This document shows, one piece after another, positions 57,026-64,000 of a DNA stretch of 64,000 nt. Source of the stretch: an uncultured virus (IMG/VR IMGVR_UViG_3300021091_000002) (Duplodnaviria; Heunggongvirae; Uroviricota; Caudoviricetes). Under the pieces are notes generated by a model that was not told the origin of the DNA, did no database searches, and worked only from the letters and a program-made list of their open reading frames with translations. The position numbers and the translations under genes are program-made. The stretch lies in the IMG/VR virus record IMGVR_UViG_3300021091_000002; one strand, given 5' to 3'. How positions within the stretch are numbered: position 1 is the first letter of the stretch; every line of letters begins with the position of its first letter.

Positions 57026-60000
57026 TGGCAAATGATGATGAAATCCAGAAAATGGTTTCAAAAGAAACTCAGTCTATGGCTAAGGCTGAAGTTGGTATTA
57101 ACGCTGACACCACCGACTTACGTAACATTACGGAAGCCCTTAAAAAAGCGTCTGAGGAAGGTAAACGCCTAGCGACAAGCCTGGGTCAGGCTGTGAAGGC
57201 CATGCGCCAACTAAAGGAGATGGGTCTCGTACAAGTGTACGACCAATCCGCGCATTGGAGTGGGGGTCAAGGTGGAGGTGGGGGCGGTGCTGGTGGTGGA
57301 CAGCTAAGCGTCGGCAGCACTCCAGTAGCAGGTTCCAAACCAAGTCACCCAGCACCTGTAACACCAGCACCAAACGCCGTTGCAGCTGCGGGAGGTGCCC
57401 CAGCTGGTATTGCTGGACTACAGGGGGTAGCAGGTTCATTTTTTAGAGGAGCTAACCCTGGAACATTCCCAGGCGTTCCGGGGGTACTCGGTTCCGGTGG
57501 AACTGGGGTAATTGGTGGAGCTGCTCAGGTGGGAGCGGGTGGTCTTGGTGCAGGAAACATAGCAACAATAATTGGAAGTCTTGGTTCACAAATTGTTAGT
57601 GCAATTGACAAGCGTGTTGACGCTGGTAGAGGGTACTCACTAGCCGCAGATAAAAGCACACTAGTGATGCAGCAGCTCACAGGCATGAGCCAAAGCGGAG
57701 TAATGAACAACCTAAGAATGCCACTAACCCAGTATAAACTTGGAGTTAACGGTATTAACGAAATGCTGGACCTACAGGCCAGGACTGGTATAAATGCTGC
57801 AGGTCAGGCCCGAAGCGTTGAAATGATGAGAACTCTTAGCGGGTTTACCATGGATGCTGCTGGAGCTACTGGGATTATTGAGAGTATGGCTGACCCAGAA
57901 ACAGTCAACAAAATGTTCATGATGACTGGTATGAGTTTAATTGGGCCTGGTGGTAAACAACGGTCCGCTCAATCTTTGATTGAAAGCATGGCTAAGCGAG
58001 CTGGACTAATGGACCCCAAGCTCGCCGCATCGGCTATGGCTCCAGGTTCTGTATCGCGTGCAACACTATCTCAAATGGGTGTTACTGGCGACATGCAGGA
58101 ACAGGTTCTTAGATTTGCACAATCAAACGCAGCATTTCGTAAGCGCGGTGGAAAAGGCACATACGATCCAACAAAAGAAGAAGATCGTAAGCTTATGGGT
58201 ATCGATGATACCTTTGCTATGGAAGCTGAGGAAACTCAACGTCGTCGTGGGAAGCGCGAAGAGCAGTTTTATAGAGACCAGGCGGATGCTTACGCAAAAT
58301 TAGAACGTCAGACACAACGCCTTACCGACGTGATGGCTAAGTTTGAGCATGCAATGGAAGGAATAATTGGCGCAAGAACCAGTGGAAGAGTTGGTCAAAA
58401 GCTTCTTGGTGGTATGGCAGGAGCTGCTGGAATCGGAATGTTGGGGTTAGGTGTCGCTACCGGTGGAATTGGGTGGTTGGCTGGTGGAGCTATTCTCGGT
58501 GGTTTAGGCAAAGTACTAGGCGACCCAAATACCAGCGATGATTTTTCGTCCTCAATATGGACCCCACGTAGTTCTAGTACACCGGTTACTGGGAGTAGTA
58601 TGTCTACTGTACCAGCTGGTACACCTGCTGGTCCACCTCCTGCTGCTCCCCCAGCCATACCAGAATCACCTCCAGTAGCGGTTTGGACTCCTGGCCAATT
58701 TGACGAATTTAGAACTGGACTTGCAGCTACCTACACTGACACTTTTCTTGAAACTCAATACAGTCGTAAACAAGAGCACACGATTCAAGACACTGGTGAA
58801 TTTAAAGAACTGAACAGGGCGCTAAGGAAAGCCGTAAACAGCATGGCAGACAGAGCAATGGCAGAAGCCGGACTAGATATTAACCTAGTCAGTGGTAGGC
58901 GGTCTACTGATGAGCAAGCAAAACTTTTCTTAGAGAGGTATCAAGTAGCACCTGCAGGTGTAACACAGTACAAAGACTCTTACGACGGCAAATATTATAA
59001 AGTTAAACAATTCTACGGCGCTAACTGGATGAAGAAGCCATTCAACAGTGCCCCCCCAGTTGCGGTACCAGGTACTTCGCTGCACGAAATTGGTATGGCG
59101 GCAGACATTGACATGTCTGATCCGCGTGTCGCAGCATGGGTACGTAATAACAAATGGAGGTTCAATCTGGTTTCAGGTGAAGGGGAAGAGCACCACCTAC
59201 AGCTTGCTTGGACAAAAGACATGTCACTAAGCCAGTTCTTGGGCACCACCGGTTTAAGTATGGAGCAAGCAAACACTAATGCCCATGTAGCCATTGGTGG
59301 ACGCGCTCGTTATACAAATTCGTTTAGACCTGGTTTTGGTGTTGACATTAATAAGTTTTCAGAGGCACTTCTTAGAAGGTGGGGTTACACCATAACTCCT
59401 GAAAAAATCATGTTACTTAGATCATGGTCCGACAAAGAAGGTACTGGTGGATCATACAACCCAATGAACGTAGTCTCCGGCAATAACCGTTATGATCCTA
59501 CTACTGGGTACGAACGAGTCGAAACAAACTATAACATCAATGGTCGCCACCCTGTTCAAAACTTTGATAATTTTGAACAGGGTGTTGAATACACAGCGCT
59601 TCATCTAGGGACAAATAACTCCGCATTAATGAGCGTTTTGTCAAAAACCAACCCAACGGTTGACGAAATAAGAGCAGTCCTATCCTCAGTTGGTAGGCAA
59701 ACAATGCTAGGAATATTCAATAATTACGTTAAAAGATCACAAGATTCTGGATACACTATACACAATGCGGCTAAAATGACCGGAACATCCGGAGTTCAAA
59801 AGTTTCTATCTGGCATGGACCTTGGTACAAGAAATATATTTACTTTTGCCGGTGATCCTCAGATGCCAGGTAGTGGCTCAACTTCTCCAGTATCACTTCC
59901 AAGTCTTATGCCAGTGTCTCAATCGTCTGGTACTTCTTCGGTTGTCCATCAAGGCAGCACAGTTACTATATCACCAGTAATAAACTTGCAAACAACTGGT

Positions 60001-60102
60001 AATGCAGGGAACATAAGTGAGTATGATTTAAGATTAATGGCAAAGAGGATTGCAAAGTTAATAGAACAAGAAACAAATCTTGACAAGATCAGGAGAGCGT
60101 AA
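57025..60102 (+). CDS. tape measure protein with M15 peptidase and lysozyme-like domains
   Basis: Ala/Gly-rich helical region; SGRRS..EQ..PGTSLHEIGMAAD..EEHH; W..EG...YNPMN. Confidence 0.88.
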   Translation: MANDDEIQKMVSKETQSMAKAEVGINADTTDLRNITEALKKASEEGKRLATSLGQAVKAMRQLKEMGLVQVYDQSAHWSGGQGGGGGGAGGGQLSVGSTPVAGSKPSHPAPVTPAPNAVAAAGGAPAGIAGLQGVAGSFFRGANPGTFPGVPGVLGSGGTGVIGGAAQVGAGGLGAGNIATIIGSLGSQIVSAIDKRVDAGRGYSLAADKSTLVMQQLTGMSQSGVMNNLRMPLTQYKLGVNGINEMLDLQARTGINAAGQARSVEMMRTLSGFTMDAAGATGIIESMADPETVNKMFMMTGMSLIGPGGKQRSAQSLIESMAKRAGLMDPKLAASAMAPGSVSRATLSQMGVTGDMQEQVLRFAQSNAAFRKRGGKGTYDPTKEEDRKLMGIDDTFAMEAEETQRRRGKREEQFYRDQADAYAKLERQTQRLTDVMAKFEHAMEGIIGARTSGRVGQKLLGGMAGAAGIGMLGLGVATGGIGWLAGGAILGGLGKVLGDPNTSDDFSSSIWTPRSSSTPVTGSSMSTVPAGTPAGPPPAAPPAIPESPPVAVWTPGQFDEFRTGLAATYTDTFLETQYSRKQEHTIQDTGEFKELNRALRKAVNSMADRAMAEAGLDINLVSGRRSTDEQAKLFLERYQVAPAGVTQYKDSYDGKYYKVKQFYGANWMKKPFNSAPPVAVPGTSLHEIGMAADIDMSDPRVAAWVRNNKWRFNLVSGEGEEHHLQLAWTKDMSLSQFLGTTGLSMEQANTNAHVAIGGRARYTNSFRPGFGVDINKFSEALLRRWGYTITPEKIMLLRSWSDKEGTGGSYNPMNVVSGNNRYDPTTGYERVETNYNINGRHPVQNFDNFEQGVEYTALHLGTNNSALMSVLSKTNPTVDEIRAVLSSVGRQTMLGIFNNYVKRSQDSGYTIHNAAKMTGTSGVQKFLSGMDLGTRNIFTFAGDPQMPGSGSTSPVSLPSLMPVSQSSGTSSVVHQGSTVTISPVINLQTTGNAGNISEYDLRLMAKRIAKLIEQETNLDKIRRA

Positions 60103-60104
60103 GT

Positions 60105-62387
60105 ATGACTTACAAGATAAGCAGGGACTCACTATTTAACCAACTACCCCCCGGTGTCAGACAGGGTGAAGTAACTAATAATCAACTGGTTGAAAACACA
60201 CCATTTTCGTATCCAACGAACGTTGCTAGAATTTCTGATTTTAGTGGACTTGGGCAAGGCTCTCTGTCTAATGCCAATAACCAAAGTGTTACGCTAACAC
60301 GTGGGTTTATGCGAAACCTAATGACAAACCTGGGACAAGACCAACCAAAATTCCCAGATGTTAGGTGCTTCTTTCAGTTTAACCCCCAAGACATCGAACA
60401 CGTAATTGAAGCTAGAAAAGACATGTACTTGCCTATTCTTCAAGATCCAAACCAGCTGCGACAGCCAATGGCTGGCAATGCAATGTTCAACTTTGAGCTA
60501 ATTTTTGACAGAACAATGGAAGTTAACTCATCCACGTACAGCACTGTTTCTCAAGGTGGAGAACCACTTCCTAACTCTAAACTTCCAGGAACCGTGGGGG
60601 TGTTTCATGATTTACGTGTTCTGTATTCAATTATAGGTCAAGGTTTAAGTGAAGAGTTGCTTGAAGCACAGCAGGCAAAACTAAAGAATGACGTTAGACA
60701 ATTTGCTATAAAAAACTACAACTCTTTAAACCTGCAATACAACTCAGAGACTACCGAGTTTAAGGCAAACCAAACTCTATTAGACCCATCAGAAGACACC
60801 TATGGTGACGACCCTAATGCGGCAGCAACCGCCAACTTCTTAAATAGCATTGTGTCTAACCCCGAATCGTCATCTATAAATACATTCATGGCAGACTTCA
60901 ACGTAGGGAACTCAGCTTTCTTAATTCCCCAACCATGTCGTGTTGTATTTTCACCAGTGTTTATGGTCGATGGATTTGTTATGGGTACAAAAGTTTTGTT
61001 TACTAAATTTAGTACAAAAATGATCCCTACTCAGTGTAAAGTTTACATAACTATGCAAGCTACTTATCTTGGATTTGCTAGAGCAAAAACATTTATAACT
61101 GAGCAGCTTGATGAAACTGCAAGACAAAATACAGAAAACGTTAGAATTGCTGAGAGGGAGTTAGGGTCTGTTGGGTCCGAGCTGTCCTCAGCTGTTCCCA
61201 ACATTACGGTTGGGTTTTCCAGTGATCCTAGAGTAATAACCAAACCTAGTGATTCTGCATCAGGTCTGTATTCCACTGAACTTTATGATTCTATATTAAA
61301 TAACATACCCACTACAGTTGGCTACGCTTATCAACCTCTTTGGTTATACGCTACCAAAGGGTTTTGGTACACTCGTCCATCGATTACAAACTACGCGGGA
61401 GCACCAGCTGGAACTGGCTCTAAAACAAACATAGCTGTTAACGGTGGTAGTGAGAGTTACGACCCGCTATACATGCTTCAAAGCCCATTAACAGACAGAA
61501 CCCCGCATTTCCAACCACAGTTATCTGTGAGAATTTGCCCTAGCGAAGAAAGCAAAAAACAGATAAAAGAAGATATATTTGAAAAACTGCAGTCATCTAA
61601 CCCAAAGCTTTCTTTTGAAGTAGTAGCACATATTTTTGGTCCATTTGCAACCCAATCAGCTGCACAAACATTTGTTGATACTAAGATGGGGAAAACCCCA
61701 TTCTCTGCGTTATCTAAAGATGTTAGAGACTCTGGTTTGTATGTCGGTAAATATTATGTTCGTAAAGACATTGACACAGCGGATAAATGGGATGACTACG
61801 CTAAAGATCCGCAGAACTGGACTATGGACATGAAGACCGCCAACGATGACTCAAACAGCTTAAATACCGCCTCTAGTCCAATAACACCTAGTACTAAAAA
61901 CTCCCAAAACAAGTCTGTAGTAGATGAAGTAGACGCCCGAATTGCAGCGGCTTATGATAGCGCCCTAACCGGTTACCCTGACCAAGCATCTTCAGTAAAC
62001 ACAGCTATTAGTAACACAAAAAAGCTGTATTACGACGGGATATCATCGAAAGTTGAAAATATTAATCCAAGATGGGTCGGCCCAGCTATAAACTTTAGAG
62101 GAGCGGTTGGAATGCCGCAAGAGGTATACCTAATAACGACAGAGAGTGGTGGAGATAGGCTAGACTCTCTACTACAGTTAGTAGACAACGTACATGGATT
62201 AAGTACTAAGTACTTTGCAATCGTAGTTGACGCAGTAATTACGTATGAAATCGAAACAGCAGCTGGTGTCTATAAAAAGGCTTCTCCAGGTGGAGTTAGA
62301 AACACCGCAGTTAAATCAGGTGGTGACTTTGGTTTTACAACTTCATTGAACTTGGGCTGGGGAGGGTTGGCTCTTTTGCCAATATAA
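60105..62387 (+). CDS. tail tube initiator/baseplate-associated protein
   Basis: FQFNP..I, FELIFDRT, G.V...V.FTKF...MIP. Confidence 0.65.
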   Translation: MTYKISRDSLFNQLPPGVRQGEVTNNQLVENTPFSYPTNVARISDFSGLGQGSLSNANNQSVTLTRGFMRNLMTNLGQDQPKFPDVRCFFQFNPQDIEHVIEARKDMYLPILQDPNQLRQPMAGNAMFNFELIFDRTMEVNSSTYSTVSQGGEPLPNSKLPGTVGVFHDLRVLYSIIGQGLSEELLEAQQAKLKNDVRQFAIKNYNSLNLQYNSETTEFKANQTLLDPSEDTYGDDPNAAATANFLNSIVSNPESSSINTFMADFNVGNSAFLIPQPCRVVFSPVFMVDGFVMGTKVLFTKFSTKMIPTQCKVYITMQATYLGFARAKTFITEQLDETARQNTENVRIAERELGSVGSELSSAVPNITVGFSSDPRVITKPSDSASGLYSTELYDSILNNIPTTVGYAYQPLWLYATKGFWYTRPSITNYAGAPAGTGSKTNIAVNGGSESYDPLYMLQSPLTDRTPHFQPQLSVRICPSEESKKQIKEDIFEKLQSSNPKLSFEVVAHIFGPFATQSAAQTFVDTKMGKTPFSALSKDVRDSGLYVGKYYVRKDIDTADKWDDYAKDPQNWTMDMKTANDDSNSLNTASSPITPSTKNSQNKSVVDEVDARIAAAYDSALTGYPDQASSVNTAISNTKKLYYDGISSKVENINPRWVGPAINFRGAVGMPQEVYLITTESGGDRLDSLLQLVDNVHGLSTKYFAIVVDAVITYEIETAAGVYKKASPGGVRNTAVKSGGDFGFTTSLNLGWGGLALLPI

Positions 62388-62390
62388 ACT

Positions 62391-62636
62391 ATGAAGACAA
62401 AATACTTTTCCACTGATAGATACTCATTAGATAGCTCCGGGCAAACTGCTTCAAGAACCCGGTTTGTTGCAAGTGGGTACTCTGTGTACACATCCGTTGC
62501 TGGAGATACCTTTATGTCCTTAAGTATCAGATTTTTAGGGGATCAATCTCGTTATTGGGAAATTGCAGATATTAACCCTCAAGTTGAATGGCCCGATAGA
62601 ATACCAATTGGTACCACACTGAGGATTCCAATATGA
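62391..62636 (+). CDS. LysM-like baseplate protein (P2 gpX-like)
   Basis: GDT...S...LGD...WEIADINP......G..LRIP. Confidence 0.85.
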   Translation: MKTKYFSTDRYSLDSSGQTASRTRFVASGYSVYTSVAGDTFMSLSIRFLGDQSRYWEIADINPQVEWPDRIPIGTTLRIPI

Positions 62637-63796
62637 TTGGCCCTTCTATAAACAAGTTTTCTGCAAGCTGCAGATTCCAAATACACGGAGTACCCCTAGA
62701 CCACACGTCTATTATTGAATACGAACTTTCATTGTCCGAGAACAAACACGATTTACTAATCGTAACTATGGCTGGCGTTCCAGCAGCCGCAGTAACTGAC
62801 TACATAGGAGTACCAGTAACTTTTTCCCTTGGGGAGGGTGTGGGGACATCACAACAGTTTGTTGGGTATGTTTCGTATGTTGAGCCAATGCACAACGCAA
62901 GAGACGGTCTAATAAACAAAAGCCCAATACAGCTAGCGAAAGTGTACTGCATTGGGGCATCAATGATTATGAAAGAAGTAAGATCAAAAGTATGGGAAAC
63001 CCCATCACTTACAGAGATCGTTACTTTTATATCAGACACTCATGGATTTAGTGTTGATTACCCTAAGGATTCTTATAAGCCTATTCGGCTGGTTCAATCA
63101 AGTGAAAGCGATTGGTCGTTTTTAAACAGAGTCTGTAAGAAGTTTGGTTTGGCTTTTTCACTACACGGAACACACCTTCATCTATGGGACAGAAGCAAGT
63201 TTACTGGTCGAGCCTCGTCATACCATAGAGCTATGACTAGCAATAGGACTCAAGAAAATAGACCGTTCTACGTGCTTAATTTTGAAGCAACCCTAGGAAA
63301 AATCTCGTCTTCGGGAGACCGAAGTCGAAATGTAGTTACTGTTTTGGATTCACAAAATAACATACATGTAGTATTGGACGAAACCTCTGAGTATTTTCCC
63401 GGATCTACTGACTCACCCAAACTATTTAAAAAACCTCTTACTCTATCTCTTAACTCTTTAGAAGAGGGTGTTAGAACTATAGATTCATACGACAAGTACA
63501 ACTCAATTTACAATGCAAAACTTAACGTAATGTATGGCGGAGGGGCTGTTCCTGGTGGCATACTTTACCTTGATGGATTTGACTCAAAGTTCGACGGGTT
63601 CTGGTATATATCTGATGTAACTCATTTTGTTAAATCAGAGAACTATGTAACAGAGTTAATCCTGGCAAAATCAGAGGAATTTAATCAGGTTGTTGACACT
63701 TCTAATGTCACTACATTTCAAACACCACAGGAGTACAAGATGAGTTTTAATGAAGAGTGGATTGCTAGCACAGCTAGGGTGTATGAGTATGCCTAG
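62633..63796 (+). CDS. baseplate hub (late control D / gp27-like)
   Basis: Q..ESDWSFL.R...G, FDGFWYI..VTH. Confidence 0.8.
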   Translation: MIGPSINKFSASCRFQIHGVPLDHTSIIEYELSLSENKHDLLIVTMAGVPAAAVTDYIGVPVTFSLGEGVGTSQQFVGYVSYVEPMHNARDGLINKSPIQLAKVYCIGASMIMKEVRSKVWETPSLTEIVTFISDTHGFSVDYPKDSYKPIRLVQSSESDWSFLNRVCKKFGLAFSLHGTHLHLWDRSKFTGRASSYHRAMTSNRTQENRPFYVLNFEATLGKISSSGDRSRNVVTVLDSQNNIHVVLDETSEYFPGSTDSPKLFKKPLTLSLNSLEEGVRTIDSYDKYNSIYNAKLNVMYGGGAVPGGILYLDGFDSKFDGFWYISDVTHFVKSENYVTELILAKSEEFNQVVDTSNVTTFQTPQEYKMSFNEEWIASTARVYEYA

Positions 63797-64000
63797 CTCA
63801 GATATAACCCTGCATAGGGCCCTGGTGGTTCGGGTATCTGGTAACAGCGTGTATGTAAAGATACCCAGCGTTCTTGGGTCAAATGAGTCAATAGCATTAC
63901 ACACCCCTAAGAACCCAGCAGCTAATTGGCCACCTGTTGATGGTAACCAGTTAATTGTTGCAGTTGAAGGTGAGAACTTTAATAAAGTTTACGCTATAGC
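63789..64000 (+). CDS. baseplate spike (gpV-like OB fold), truncated at the window end
   Basis: RALVV...V.VKIP.V.G...PP..G..LIVAVEG. Confidence 0.65.
   Translation, partial: MPSSDITLHRALVVRVSGNSVYVKIPSVLGSNESIALHTPKNPAANWPPVDGNQLIVAVEGENFNKVYAI

Noticed and set aside
53904..64000. Stand-alone extracellular contractile injection system
   Set aside because: It is contiguous with terminase, portal and capsid genes, so it is a phage tail
1..64000. Stop-codon reassignment
   Set aside because: Core genes are intact in the standard code, with TAA, TGA and TAG all used as stops

Overview
A 64-kb stretch of a large contractile-tailed (myovirus-like) phage genome. The host is most likely an actinobacterium: there are two WhiB genes, TANNNT/leaderless promoters and a captured RpoD region-4 fragment; Acidimicrobiia is my inference only. 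Layout: (1) 1-7.85 kb, + strand, a nucleotide/sugar-modification and regulatory block; (2) 7.9-22.6 kb, - strand, an early/middle block with pyrimidine-dimer glycosylase, a sigma-4 chimera, HNH, WhiB, SNF2 helicase, a MoxR AAA/vWA pair and many small ORFs; (3) 22.8-64 kb, + strand, candidate internal virion proteins, a glycosylation cluster, tRNA-Ile(UAU), tail fibres, holin/endolysin, terminase, portal, scaffold, capsid, neck, sheath, tube, a frameshifted chaperone, tape measure and baseplate. The strongest candidate novelty is at 20.7-21.9 kb. An array of four CRP-like boxes, in class II/class I activator geometry, precedes an ~850-nt hairpin-dense region with no convincing protein gene (candidate giant ncRNA), then tRNA-Arg(UCU), then a 138-nt closed structured element ahead of the small-ORF operon. 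Second is a host-like RpoD region-4 cassette inserted in-frame in a phage protein near WhiB. All functional calls come from motif recognition by eye; no searches or folding programs were run.
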